DNA of 64,000 nt from a virus: positions 16,219 to 80,218 of the IMG/VR virus record IMGVR_UViG_3300024180_000005; one strand, written 5' to 3'. The notes under the pieces are model-generated. The model did no database searches, had not been told where the DNA came from, and worked only from the letters and a program-made list of their open reading frames with translations. How positions within the stretch are numbered: the stretch's first letter is position 1; every line of letters starts with the position of its first letter. Made by a program: the position numbers and the translations under genes. This document shows, piece after piece, positions 28,021 through 38,063 of the stretch.

Positions 28021-28695
28021 CTAAAAATTTTTTATTATTTTCCAAAAATCAGGATGTCTCTCATTATTTGAATCAAAAACATCACCAACAAATTCATAAT
28101 CTACTCTTTTAGATGGGAATAATCTAGTCTCTCCACCAAAATTCAAACCAAATTCTGAATGCTCCATCGCCGTATTGGTGATAAGTGAATAAACACATTT
28201 TCCTAAAAAGTCTTGATCAATTCCCTTTCTCTGAAACTGATTCCAACCTTCAATTAATTTAATTATTTCAATTTTTCTCATTAATCCATTTCGTGAACCC
28301 CACATACCACCCAAAATAGGAACCGTATGATAAGGGTGATCTCTCATTATGTGAAAATCTTTATCTGATTCTAGCCACTCATTTACGGCATTTACTTCTC
28401 TCTCAGATATTCTAGAGTCACAATCTCTGGATAAAAATATATCAACATCTAAATCCTCAGATGCCCAGAATCGCCAAAACATACCGTGGAATGAGTCCTT
28501 TGAATCCACTAATATAACCTCAACATTATCACCTTTAATTGTTTCTATTAATTCTGTTTTTGAATTTTTATCAATATAAAATCTACAAATCCAACCGGGA
28601 TAATAAATTTTAGACAATTCTATATTTTTTAGTGCACCAACCCAATACATTGGGTCATCACCCCAAAGACTATAAGCTATTATATTTTTAGACAT
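28021..28695 (-). CDS. putative glycosyltransferase
   Basis: YSLWG, MFWRF, SRDCDSR, HIMRDHPYH, ILGGMWG, DQDFL. Confidence 0.6.
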   Translation of the reverse strand: MSKNIIAYSLWGDDPMYWVGALKNIELSKIYYPGWICRFYIDKNSKTELIETIKGDNVEVILVDSKDSFHGMFWRFWASEDLDVDIFLSRDCDSRISEREVNAVNEWLESDKDFHIMRDHPYHTVPILGGMWGSRNGLMRKIEIIKLIEGWNQFQRKGIDQDFLGKCVYSLITNTAMEHSEFGLNFGGETRLFPSKRVDYEFVGDVFDSNNERHPDFWKIIKNF

Positions 28696-29428
28696 TTAAT
28701 AAATTTATTTTTTCTATAACACGATCAAACCTAGATTTATTAGGTATTTTATGAATAGGAGAAACTATGCTATCAACAAATCTTTCTCTTTGATGCCACA
28801 TATGTATTATAGTATTATTTAGTAGATTTGTTGTCTGAAATTCCTCACCAAAAACAGGTTCTAAATATTTAAATTTTATTCCATTGTCTTTCAAAACCCA
28901 CATAAAATCATAATAAGGCTCTGTTTCTGGCTTCCAAATCATACCCAAAGGTTTACCAGAAGATCCAAATTCCATATTATACTCATAGTGTGAATGATTT
29001 CTTTTCTCATATGGATAATCCTCTATCCATTCCTTTTTAAATTGTGGAATTTTTTTCCTATTATGCCAAGTGTCTATACATTTTCTATTCATTATCATAA
29101 AAAATGAATTAAGCGCCATGTGATTACCACTCCTATACTCAAAATGACCATCTGGAGGTCCGGCAATATCAATATTATTATCTTCCATTTCTTTAATAAG
29201 ATTTATTATCTCATCATTAGATGTTATAAAACAATCTTCGTCTATATGTACATACCAATCTGATTCAAAATCTTTTGAAAAGTTCAACCAATCATACCAA
29301 ACCATAAACCATCCCTTTCTACCATCGAATTTAATATGATTAGAATCTGGGAAATTTTTTCTTATACATTCATCTTGTGTTTTTTGTATATCTGAAAATG
29401 TACTTGTTGTAAAAAATGTTATTTTCAT
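28688..29428 (-). CDS. putative glycosyltransferase
   Basis: HIDEDCF DxD motif; cluster context. Confidence 0.5.
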   Translation of the reverse strand: MKITFFTTSTFSDIQKTQDECIRKNFPDSNHIKFDGRKGWFMVWYDWLNFSKDFESDWYVHIDEDCFITSNDEIINLIKEMEDNNIDIAGPPDGHFEYRSGNHMALNSFFMIMNRKCIDTWHNRKKIPQFKKEWIEDYPYEKRNHSHYEYNMEFGSSGKPLGMIWKPETEPYYDFMWVLKDNGIKFKYLEPVFGEEFQTTNLLNNTIIHMWHQRERFVDSIVSPIHKIPNKSRFDRVIEKINLLNV

Positions 29429-30156
29429 ATTTTAATATTTATTTTTGTTGTTTCGATGAATTTTTTTATCTGTGTACAAAATAATCCATCCTTCCCTCTT
29501 AAATAATCATCTGGATTAGAAGTTATAGAATCATCTATTCTCCAAACACCACCTAATTTAATCATATCAGAATAAAAGAAACTTGCAAATTCGGTCCAAC
29601 TGATATAATCATAGTTTGTCTTATGTGTACGGTGGTTTATAATCTCATTTTCTATATGATATATTTTAATCCCTAAACGATTAGCAACCATAGGTAACCA
29701 AAAATCCCACCATGGCATTCCAATTACATAGTTTTTATTGTAAAAAAGTTCAATATTTTTTTTATCAAAAATAAACAAATCATATCCATCGGGAAATGGG
29801 TAAGAAGGGACATCACCCAATTCCCATCTCGTTGCTATAACTAAGGAATCATCAAAGAATTTATTTAGTTTTATTTTTTTATTAAGTATAATATCAGAGT
29901 TAACTATAGCACATTTATCAGTATTAGTCAATTTTATAGCATCTAATATAGCATCTAATCTTACCAAAGTTTTTTTATCAACCTGAAATGTTTTTCTGGT
30001 CTTAACTATGTTAACATCAGGATATAAATCTTTTATAATTTCTATCTCTTCTTCCGTATTTACGGTATAAACATCATATTCCTTACACCAAGAATCGATT
30101 GCCTCTTTTTGTGCATCAAAATTACCATATGGGTTTATTGTTGTAAATACTTTCAT
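29425..30156 (-). CDS. putative glycosyltransferase
   Basis: VNSDII, GYDLFIF, GMPWWDFW, H..H. Confidence 0.55.
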   Translation of the reverse strand: MKVFTTINPYGNFDAQKEAIDSWCKEYDVYTVNTEEEIEIIKDLYPDVNIVKTRKTFQVDKKTLVRLDAILDAIKLTNTDKCAIVNSDIILNKKIKLNKFFDDSLVIATRWELGDVPSYPFPDGYDLFIFDKKNIELFYNKNYVIGMPWWDFWLPMVANRLGIKIYHIENEIINHRTHKTNYDYISWTEFASFFYSDMIKLGGVWRIDDSITSNPDDYLRGKDGLFCTQIKKFIETTKINIKI

Positions 30157-30860
30157 TAATTAACTTCCAATCTTTTTTCAACAGACATAGATTGTCTATT
30201 CTTCCAAGTAATATCATCTTCACCCCATTTAGCATTATAAGCTTGGTCTGCTTGGTCTGCTTCTCTTTTACCGGCAGCGTAATGTAAATGTTCAAACATC
30301 GTCTCATCGTTCAACCTATCGTCGTAAAGTAGGTTTAAATCTTTTAAATTATTATATAACTCACAGTCGCTAAACATGTGGTTGTATGCGGGATGGTATA
30401 TAACTCCATTCATTTTTCTTAAACAACCATAAGTCATTATAGGAATAGTAATGGCAGGATGTAACATATTAGATGAGTCTGGTAATTGATAGCCATCTCT
30501 AACCATCAATCCAACATCTCCTTTCCCTTCTAACTTATTAGTTAAGTACGTGTCCCATCCTTGTGGTGCCATAAAGTCATCGCTTGCAAAGATAACAATA
30601 TCACTATCTTCACATTTACCCATCTTAATACCTAAGTTAGAAGATAATTGATAGGATGGATAACAAACACCAATCTTATTTGTATTTAATGTAATTAAAA
30701 AGTTATTTTTTAAATAATCTTTTAATTCTGTAGCCTGTTGTTCCCAATTAACCGCAACGTAGGTTTGTATATTTGATGGATTATCTGCTCGTTTAATCCA
30801 TTCAGTGTGCATTTCTTTAAATTGTTGAGGGCGAATTGTTGCCCATAAAATGTGTATCAT
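30156..30860 (-). CDS. GT2-like glycosyltransferase
   Basis: ATIRP, FASDDF, GWD, YNHMFSDCEL, FEHLH. Confidence 0.65.
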   Translation of the reverse strand: MIHILWATIRPQQFKEMHTEWIKRADNPSNIQTYVAVNWEQQATELKDYLKNNFLITLNTNKIGVCYPSYQLSSNLGIKMGKCEDSDIVIFASDDFMAPQGWDTYLTNKLEGKGDVGLMVRDGYQLPDSSNMLHPAITIPIMTYGCLRKMNGVIYHPAYNHMFSDCELYNNLKDLNLLYDDRLNDETMFEHLHYAAGKREADQADQAYNAKWGEDDITWKNRQSMSVEKRLEVN

Positions 30861-30929
30861 AAAATTTATTTTATTTTTCTGGAATTTTAATAGAATAAAG
30901 AGTTTGAATTTAATTACTTATTTATATAA

Positions 30930-30966
30930 AAAAAGAAAGAGAGAGTTTTAAACTCTCTCTTTTTTA
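30930..30966. terminator. intrinsic terminator after clpC, overlapping an AAAC-N18-TATAA promoter for the glycosylation cluster
   Basis: AAAGAGAGAGTTT-T-AAACTCTCTCTTT. Confidence 0.7.
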
Positions 30967-33084
30967 TTATTCATCTTTTTTCTTTCTTGGCTTCCTAGTG
31001 GCCTTTTCTATAATAACAAATGATTCATCATCTTCTTTGTTATAATCTAGTAAGAATTTTGTCCCTTCTTTTGGATTATTCTCAATGATATAATCTGTTA
31101 CAATATCATCAACCCATCTTTGAATTGCCCTCTTTAAAGGTCTAGCACCATATTTAGGATCATACCCTACTTCAACTAAGTGATCTTTCAAAGTTTCAGT
31201 TATTTCAGTTGGGTAACCAATATCTGCAGCCCTTTTAACAGTTTTAACTAACTCTAAGTCTACAATTTTAAGAATCTCTTCTTTACCTAAATCTCTGAAG
31301 TAGATAATTTCATCAATTCTGTTGATAAACTCTGGTGCGAATTTGTTTTTCAACTCTTTCTCTAGGATACCTTTGATTTCTTCATCTCTTACATTTTCTT
31401 TATTCTTTGTAGAGAATCCAACTCCTGTACCGAAATCTTTAACTAATCGAGTACCTACATTTGAAGTCATTAAGATAATACAGTTTTTAAAACTTACTTT
31501 TCTTCCGTGTGAATCGGTAACTTGACCATCATCTAACATCTGTAAGAATAGGTTAAATACTTCTGGATGTGCTTTCTCAATCTCATCAAAAAGAATAACT
31601 GAATAAGGCTTTCTTCTAATTCTATCAAGAACATTGGTATCTTCATAGCCAACATATCCTGGTGCAGAACCTTGTATTTTAGATAAAGAGATTTTATCCA
31701 TATATTCTGACATATCTAATCGAATCAAAGAATCTTCAGAATCAAATAAATATTTTGCAATTTGTTTAGCTAACTCGGTTTTACCAACTCCCGAATTACC
31801 AATAAGCATTCCAGAAAAAACCGGCTTGTTAGCATCTTTCATACCAACTCTACCTCTTTGAATTGCTCTTACAACTTTCTTAACGGCATCATCTTGACCA
31901 ATAACCTTTCCACAAATCTCAGAACCCATCTTAGCAAGTCTTGTATTTTCTTTCTCACCAACTTTTTGTAAAGGAATACCAGTCATCATAGAGACTACTT
32001 GTGCAACATTATCCTCGGTAACTATTTGTTTATTTCTAGAAGATTCTTCTTCCCAGTCTTTTCTTGCCTTTTCTAAACTCTCATTTAATTGACGTTCAAC
32101 ATCTCTTAATTTAGCAGCATCTTCATATTTCTGTGATCGAATAACTTCATTTTTCTTCTCTTTTATATCGGCTATTTTATTCTCAATATCTGTAATTTCT
32201 TTAGGAACTACAATATTTGAAATATGTACTCTTGATCCGGCCTCATCTAGTGCATCAATTGCCTTATCTGGTAAAAATCTATCGGTAATATATCGATCTG
32301 TTAAATCAACACAAGCCTTAATTGCTTCTGTTGTATATTCAACATTATGGTGAGACTCATATTTATCTTTAATATTATTTAAGATTTCCATACTTTCTTC
32401 AGAAGAAGCAGCCTCAATTGTAACTTTTTGGAATCTTCTTTCTAAAGCACCATCTTTCTCAATATGTTTTCTATACTCATCAAGTGTAGTTGCACCAATG
32501 ATTTGTATCTCACCTCTTGCCAATGCTGGTTTAAACATATTAGATGCATCCATTGATCCAGAAGCACCACCGGCACCAATCATTGTATGAATTTCGTCGA
32601 TAAATAAAATAACATCCGTATTTTTCTCCATCTCTGTCATAAGAGCTTTAATTCTTTCTTCAAATTGTCCTCTATATTTAGTACCAGCAACCATTGACGC
32701 CAAGTCTAGCATAACAACTCTTTTATTGAAGAGAATTCTACTTACTTTTCTTTGAATAATTCTTAAAGCTAATCCTTCTGCTATAGAAGATTTACCTACA
32801 CCTGGTTCACCAATTAAAATTGGATTATTCTTTTTTCTTCTTGCTAAAATTTGAGAAACTCTTTCGATTTCTTTCTCTCTTCCAACAATTGCATCAAGTT
32901 TACCATCTTCTGCCATTTTAGTCAAATCTCGACTATATGTATCTAGAACCGGAGTTTTAGACTTTGCGTCAGTTTTTTTACCTGAACTATAAGAACTATC
33001 ATCATCATCATCATCAAATGTCGCCTTCATATTTGGCAATCCTTTAAGGTATTCATCCCCTTTTGATTTTTTATTATTTCCCAT
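30967..33084 (-). CDS. clpC: ClpC-type AAA+ chaperone lacking the N-terminal Clp repeat domain
   Basis: Two AAA modules (GEPGVGKS/FIDEIH; GNSGVGKT/FDEIEKAH), UVR M-domain (YEDAAKLRD), ClpP loop VGF, GARPLKR. Confidence 0.93.
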   Translation of the reverse strand: MGNNKKSKGDEYLKGLPNMKATFDDDDDDSSYSSGKKTDAKSKTPVLDTYSRDLTKMAEDGKLDAIVGREKEIERVSQILARRKKNNPILIGEPGVGKSSIAEGLALRIIQRKVSRILFNKRVVMLDLASMVAGTKYRGQFEERIKALMTEMEKNTDVILFIDEIHTMIGAGGASGSMDASNMFKPALARGEIQIIGATTLDEYRKHIEKDGALERRFQKVTIEAASSEESMEILNNIKDKYESHHNVEYTTEAIKACVDLTDRYITDRFLPDKAIDALDEAGSRVHISNIVVPKEITDIENKIADIKEKKNEVIRSQKYEDAAKLRDVERQLNESLEKARKDWEEESSRNKQIVTEDNVAQVVSMMTGIPLQKVGEKENTRLAKMGSEICGKVIGQDDAVKKVVRAIQRGRVGMKDANKPVFSGMLIGNSGVGKTELAKQIAKYLFDSEDSLIRLDMSEYMDKISLSKIQGSAPGYVGYEDTNVLDRIRRKPYSVILFDEIEKAHPEVFNLFLQMLDDGQVTDSHGRKVSFKNCIILMTSNVGTRLVKDFGTGVGFSTKNKENVRDEEIKGILEKELKNKFAPEFINRIDEIIYFRDLGKEEILKIVDLELVKTVKRAADIGYPTEITETLKDHLVEVGYDPKYGARPLKRAIQRWVDDIVTDYIIENNPKEGTKFLLDYNKEDDESFVIIEKATRKPRKKKDE

Positions 33085-33114
33085 ATTTTTAGTTTAAAGT
33101 TATTTTTATTATAG

Positions 33115-33462
33115 TTACTTTTTTATAAAAGTTGTTTTATTATTATTTAATATCTCATCGATTAAATTATCTCTTATATCAGATTTACTATGTATATATA
33201 TATTTTCACATCTGATACTTATAGACATATTTCGATTAAATTCTATATCGATTGTCTTTATATATGAATGACTTGATTTAAATTTCATTGTATATATTTC
33301 AAATATTTTTCCTCGATCATATAAACTTATAAATTCATCATAATATTCTGGATGATTCTTAATATCAAATTTTAGATACATAATTGCACAATTCTCAAAT
33401 GAGAGTTGTGTTTCACATTCCAAAACATAGAAATTTTTATCACCAATCTTTATACAATTCAT
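33115..33462 (-). CDS. hypothetical protein with C-terminal RxxxIDxIL motif
   Basis: ..DIRDNLIDEILN; ATGA coupling to upstream gene. Confidence 0.7.
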   Translation of the reverse strand: MNCIKIGDKNFYVLECETQLSFENCAIMYLKFDIKNHPEYYDEFISLYDRGKIFEIYTMKFKSSHSYIKTIDIEFNRNMSISIRCENIYIHSKSDIRDNLIDEILNNNKTTFIKK

Positions 33463-34019
33463 GCTAATTTTACCTTATTTGGATTTAAAAAATCTCTTAG
33501 AAATACATTCTTCTCACCACCAACAAATTTTACCCATTCGGAGTAGATCATCTTTTCTTTGCCAGTTGAATGTAAAAAGTATCCGTCTTTTCTCATTTTT
33601 TCTATCTTACTACTATTCATCATACTATCTTGAAGATATGAAAAGTGGTTTTCCATAACCCAATCTCCAAAATCTAAATAAACTTTTCTATTAAATACTC
33701 TTTCATCTATAATAAAAGTAATTGCAGTCATTTGATCACCCAAATCTGGTTCGTTGAACGAGGAACATATAACACCATTTTCTAATAGAGTATTGTATGT
33801 TTGATTAAGTGTTCCTAATCTCTCAGTATTATTATTAGTAGTACCACCATTAAGTAGAATTACAGTTTTCCAATATTTGGCCCAATCTAAATAATCATTT
33901 GAGTTAAAATTTACCAGACTATATTCAGTTAAAGCATGGGAGAATTGTATTCCCATTTGTATACCAGTTAGTTGGTAGTTGACAAATCCATACATTCTCA
34001 ATTCTAATTTATTTTCCAT
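33459..34019 (-). CDS. peptidyl-tRNA hydrolase II (Pth2)-like protein
   Basis: MYGFV..GIQ..HA..W...KTVILLNGG..FNEPDL..TAI pattern. Confidence 0.6.
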   Translation of the reverse strand: MENKLELRMYGFVNYQLTGIQMGIQFSHALTEYSLVNFNSNDYLDWAKYWKTVILLNGGTTNNNTERLGTLNQTYNTLLENGVICSSFNEPDLGDQMTAITFIIDERVFNRKVYLDFGDWVMENHFSYLQDSMMNSSKIEKMRKDGYFLHSTGKEKMIYSEWVKFVGGEKNVFLRDFLNPNKVKLA

Positions 34020-34083
34020 ATAATCTTATATATATGAAGAATAGAAAGTTTAATATATACAGAAAGGAAAACAATAAAATACA

Positions 34084-35017
34084 ATGGATATAATAGTTAG
34101 ATTAAAAAACCATAATACTAAACTATCAATTTCTAATTTAGAATTATATAAAAATGATAGTTCTAAACTAAATTTTAGATGTGAGTGTGGTTATGAATGG
34201 TCTGCAGTATACAGAGATATATTGAGATCAAAAAGAAATAATGGTTGTGTAAAATGTCAAAAAAGAAGTAAATCTGAAAGAGTATATACTTTATCAAATG
34301 ATGTTTATTTAAAAAGAGTTAATGAATATTGGGGGGGATAAGATTGAAGTTTTGGAAGAGTATAAAAAGGGAGAAGATAAAATTAAAATTTTATGTAAAG
34401 TTTGTGATAATGTATGGAATCCAACTGCTAGATCATTATTGAGAGGAAACGGATGTCCAAAATGTGGACATGAGAAAACAAAATTATCTCGTATTAAAAG
34501 TAATGAAAAATATTTAGAAGAGTTGAAATATGTTCATGATGATAGAATAACTTTAATCGATAAATATATTAATAGTAATACAAAAGTTAATTTCAAGTGT
34601 TGTTTGTGTGATAATACATGGTTAGCCAATCCTAACATGATATTAAGAGGAAGAGGTTGTCCAAAGTGTAAATTTTCCAAAGGTGAGTTATTAATTTCAA
34701 AATTATTAAAAGATATAGATATAGAATTTAAGGAACAATTTATTATAAAAGGATTAAAAACTAACAAAGGTGGTACACCTAGATTTGATTTCGCAATTTT
34801 TGAAAACAATGTTTTAACAAAAATTATTGAATATGATGGAATTTTACATTTTGAACCTGTTAATAAATTTGGAGGATTAAAAAGACTAAAAGAACAAAAA
34901 GAAGTTGATGATTTTAAAAATAAATATTGTATCAAAAATAATATTAAAATGATAAGGATACCATATTATGACATTTCAAAAATAGACATTGAATATCTAA
35001 AAAATAAAATTATTTGA
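34084..35017 (+). pseudogene. zinc-ribbon repeat + Vsr/DUF559-like homing endonuclease split at a G7 run
   Basis: ORFs 34084..34341 and 34322..35017 fuse as YWGDKIEV if one G of 34331-34337 is removed; CxxC..W..GCPKC repeats; SKGE..FDF..IEYDG.H..D..KN.YC..IRI.Y. Confidence 0.75.
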
Positions 35018-35489
35018 TACGACTAGAAAGACTTCTATTACTAAATTGCTTCAAACCGCTAACTTCTAATAGACTTTTCTTCTCTATAAATTCGGGTATT
35101 ATAAGATCATAATCTTCAGTAGGTATCTCTACCTCTGCAACTATCATATGACATTTATTCGAAAAAATATCTACTTCCCATTTCAAATCAGAGTCTAAAT
35201 ATATTCTTCTTTCTTTAGTTATATATCTACCGTTAGATTTCTTACACTCTTTAACAAATGAGTCGAATTCGTATTTTGATAAGTCTATTTCTTCTTCAAT
35301 ATTCGATATATCAGAAACTCTTGTCTTTACCGTATGAACCCATTTGATACCAGATATGTTAGACTCCATTGATCTAGCTCGTTCCCAAATACCATCTACT
35401 TTAAGATACCATTGTTTGATTTTTATAACCTCATCTGGTTTTAAATCCGGAACTCCTTTTAATAAAAACTTTCTTTCAATCTCTATCAT
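35010..35489 (-). CDS. CYTH-domain (triphosphate tunnel) protein
   Basis: EIERKFL, K.R, WEVDIF, AEVEI, FSNRSL. Confidence 0.88.
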   Translation of the reverse strand: MIEIERKFLLKGVPDLKPDEVIKIKQWYLKVDGIWERARSMESNISGIKWVHTVKTRVSDISNIEEEIDLSKYEFDSFVKECKKSNGRYITKERRIYLDSDLKWEVDIFSNKCHMIVAEVEIPTEDYDLIIPEFIEKKSLLEVSGLKQFSNRSLSSRIK

Positions 35490-35934
35490 CTTCGCTAATA
35501 TGTTTTTTTACCCAATCTTCTAACTTTTCAAAGTAATATGAAATTGATATCAAACCAATAGTAAGAACTATTGGTGTTAAAATAAGTCCCATTCCACATA
35601 ATATACCTATTGCAGATATAGTCCAAATAAGGGTTGCGGTAGTCAATCCGGTTATTTTATCTTTATTTTGTATAATTGCACCTGCACCCAAGAAACCAAT
35701 TCCAGTTACTATAGTAGATAACATTCTTGTTGGATCAGCCAAATTATAATACTCTGCTGCAAGGAAAGATGTTATTGTAAAAATGGATGAACCAACACAT
35801 ATAAGTATATTTGTTCTTATTCCTGCTACCTTATTTCGTTTCTCTCTTTCGAGTCCTACTAATGCACCACATATAGTGGCAACACCAACTTTTGGTAATA
35901 CACTCAATAGTGTAATTATTTCATTTATAAACAT
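35476..35934 (-). CDS. mgtC: MgtC/SapB family membrane protein
   Basis: GLERE..AGIRT, DPTR, TGIGFLGAGAI, GLTTA..W. Confidence 0.92.
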   Translation of the reverse strand: MFINEIITLLSVLPKVGVATICGALVGLEREKRNKVAGIRTNILICVGSSIFTITSFLAAEYYNLADPTRMLSTIVTGIGFLGAGAIIQNKDKITGLTTATLIWTISAIGILCGMGLILTPIVLTIGLISISYYFEKLEDWVKKHISEDDRD

Positions 35935-36010
35935 AATACTATTTATAAAAAATTATGTTTTGTGTTTTAAAAATAGTAAAATTTAATATTACACATTTAA
36001 TATATATGAT

Positions 36011-36445
36011 ATGAAATATTTAAGATTTTTTGAAGCAAAGGACGATTTGGAAAAAGACCATATACTAACTTCTTTAAAAGCATATATGAAAGAGGTTGAC
36101 AAAAACTGGAACTATATAACTCCACTAGATCTCAAAAAAGATTTGGACAAAGATCCGAATAAATACTTTCTACTTGATATAAGAAAACCAGAAGATTTCA
36201 ATACTGGTCACATTAAAGGTTCAAAGAATATCTTTTGGAAAGAATTGCTTGAAAATTTAGACAAACTTCCTAAAGATAAAAAAATAGTTTTAATATGTTA
36301 TGTTGGACATACATCAAGTCAAATGTTGATTTCTCTTCGCATGTTAGGATATGATGTTATATCATTGAAATTTGGAATGGGAGTTTCCCCAGTAGAAGGA
36401 GTGCCTGTTTCGGGGTGGCTTGATTATGGATTTCCTGTAAAATAA
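36011..36445 (+). CDS. tagged rhodanese-domain protein
   Basis: Starts MKYLRFFEA; LDIR..F..GHIKGS.NI, CYVGHTS; AATATATA-N4-ATG. Confidence 0.85.
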   Translation: MKYLRFFEAKDDLEKDHILTSLKAYMKEVDKNWNYITPLDLKKDLDKDPNKYFLLDIRKPEDFNTGHIKGSKNIFWKELLENLDKLPKDKKIVLICYVGHTSSQMLISLRMLGYDVISLKFGMGVSPVEGVPVSGWLDYGFPVK

Positions 36446-36484
36446 AAAATCAGACTATTCATCCGATTCTTTCAGTTTCTTATC

Positions 36485-36805
36485 TCATTTTCTTGTTTCT
36501 CCTACGAAAACTATATTATGGTCTCTTACCAGTCTTTCTAAATGAAGATTGTCTTTTTTATATAGATAGAACTTCCCTTCTTTGTATGTCTCAACGAATA
36601 AATATTCTTCACCGTGTAGCTCGACTCCGTATAACCTATCTTCTTTACCAATACCAATCTCTGTATGGTCATTTCGTTTAAGCCAAGTAAGTATTCCGTT
36701 GCCTTCTTCATTTGTCATTATATCGATATATTTAAAAATATACATATCTTCTAATTCGTCTAATATCCATTTTTTTGAATCAACTTCAAAATATACTTTT
36801 TTCAT
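36485..36805 (-). CDS. hypothetical protein
   Basis: 106-aa ORF coupled to upstream gene. Confidence 0.7.
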   Translation of the reverse strand: MKKVYFEVDSKKWILDELEDMYIFKYIDIMTNEEGNGILTWLKRNDHTEIGIGKEDRLYGVELHGEEYLFVETYKEGKFYLYKKDNLHLERLVRDHNIVFVGETRK

Positions 36806-37050
36806 ATTCCTAATTCATTTATTTTAAAATCTCTTGTTTCATCCAGATCCAATGTTCTTAGATGTCTTTCATGTACAACTATGTCGTATTCTTCATCATC
36901 TAAAGAAAAGAAAACTCTTATATAGTTTTTGTTTTCAAAAGTAGCTTTATAGATACAACCAGATTTTAGAGGTTCATAGCAAAATTCTCTGATTTCGTTA
37001 TCATCCGATATTAATTTTACATACATATTACATTCCAATTTTTTTCTCAA
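36802..37050 (-). CDS. hypothetical protein with C-terminal RDFKINEL motif
   Basis: Ends DETRDFKINELGI; true start may be an internal Met. Confidence 0.7.
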   Translation of the reverse strand: MRKKLECNMYVKLISDDNEIREFCYEPLKSGCIYKATFENKNYIRVFFSLDDEEYDIVVHERHLRTLDLDETRDFKINELGI

Positions 37051-37399
37051 CTATAGTCTCAAGTAATCTTTCCATCTCAGAAGACATTTCTACTTCAACA
37101 TCATCAATAAGGAATCTGTTGATAGAAACAACTGCTTCGTCTAAACAAAAATCAGATGCAGGTGGAGTCCAATAGTCGCCAGGACATTCGTCAAAATATC
37201 CACATAAATTAAGTGAGTATTCTATAACAACACAAACATCTTCGTTTCCAACTGGATTAAAAGAGATCCACTCTTCATCTAAAGAAACAGAACCTTCATT
37301 TTCCAATATCAAATCAGGGAATTTATCACATTTTTTAAAATCACCATCAGAGAATGTTAAGTTGTTGAAATCAATTGTGTATGTTTGCTCTAGATTCAT
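37028..37399 (-). CDS. acidic hypothetical protein
   Basis: 123-aa ORF with PGDYWTPP; TATATTTG promoter at 37422. Confidence 0.75.
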   Translation of the reverse strand: MNLEQTYTIDFNNLTFSDGDFKKCDKFPDLILENEGSVSLDEEWISFNPVGNEDVCVVIEYSLNLCGYFDECPGDYWTPPASDFCLDEAVVSINRFLIDDVEVEMSSEMERLLETIVEKKIGM

Positions 37400-37468
37400 A
37401 TCTTTTTCGTTTTTGTTTCTACAAATATAAACACTAAAAGCCGAATAGACAACTATTCGGCATAAAAA

Positions 37469-37960
37469 TTATAAACTTTTACTTTCTTTTCTAAGGAATG
37501 TTAGGTAATCAAACTTCTTAAACTTATTATTGACTTTATCTTTATATCTCTCTGATAAGTAAACTTCATTATTTAATCCTAGTTGTTCTACCCATTTAAT
37601 GAAAAATTCATTTGCTTCATTAAAGTCAGTTGTTCTTAAACTGGCTTCATTATAAGGTTCTATCCCATTTATAACATTCCTATTAATGTGTTTAGTAACA
37701 GTTACTTGATAGTATTTAGTTGTACCATTTGCATCCAATTCCTCTTGTGTAAAGTTTTTTTTCACATTATGAGTACCACGATATCCAGCCTCATTAAATG
37801 ATTCTGAGAACGAGATATGTATTTTATCTCTTCTAAGCTTATTGAATTTACTAGCTAATGCTATCTCACTTCTATGTCTAAAGATTTCAAATAGTGATTG
37901 TATAACCCATCCACCTTTAATTTTCTTAGCTCTTTCTATTACTGTTCCATCATTTGTCAT
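37469..37960 (-). CDS. hypothetical protein
   Basis: Start moved to ATG 37960 because a TATATTTG promoter lies at 37985-37992. Confidence 0.7.
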   Translation of the reverse strand: MTNDGTVIERAKKIKGGWVIQSLFEIFRHRSEIALASKFNKLRRDKIHISFSESFNEAGYRGTHNVKKNFTQEELDANGTTKYYQVTVTKHINRNVINGIEPYNEASLRTTDFNEANEFFIKWVEQLGLNNEVYLSERYKDKVNNKFKKFDYLTFLRKESKSL

Positions 37961-38063
37961 CCGTAGTGTATTTTTATATTCTAACAAATATAATCATTTT
38001 ATAAAATTCTCTAAAGAAACGACTTATAAAACCAAATAATTTAATTTTTTTCATACTATCTGG

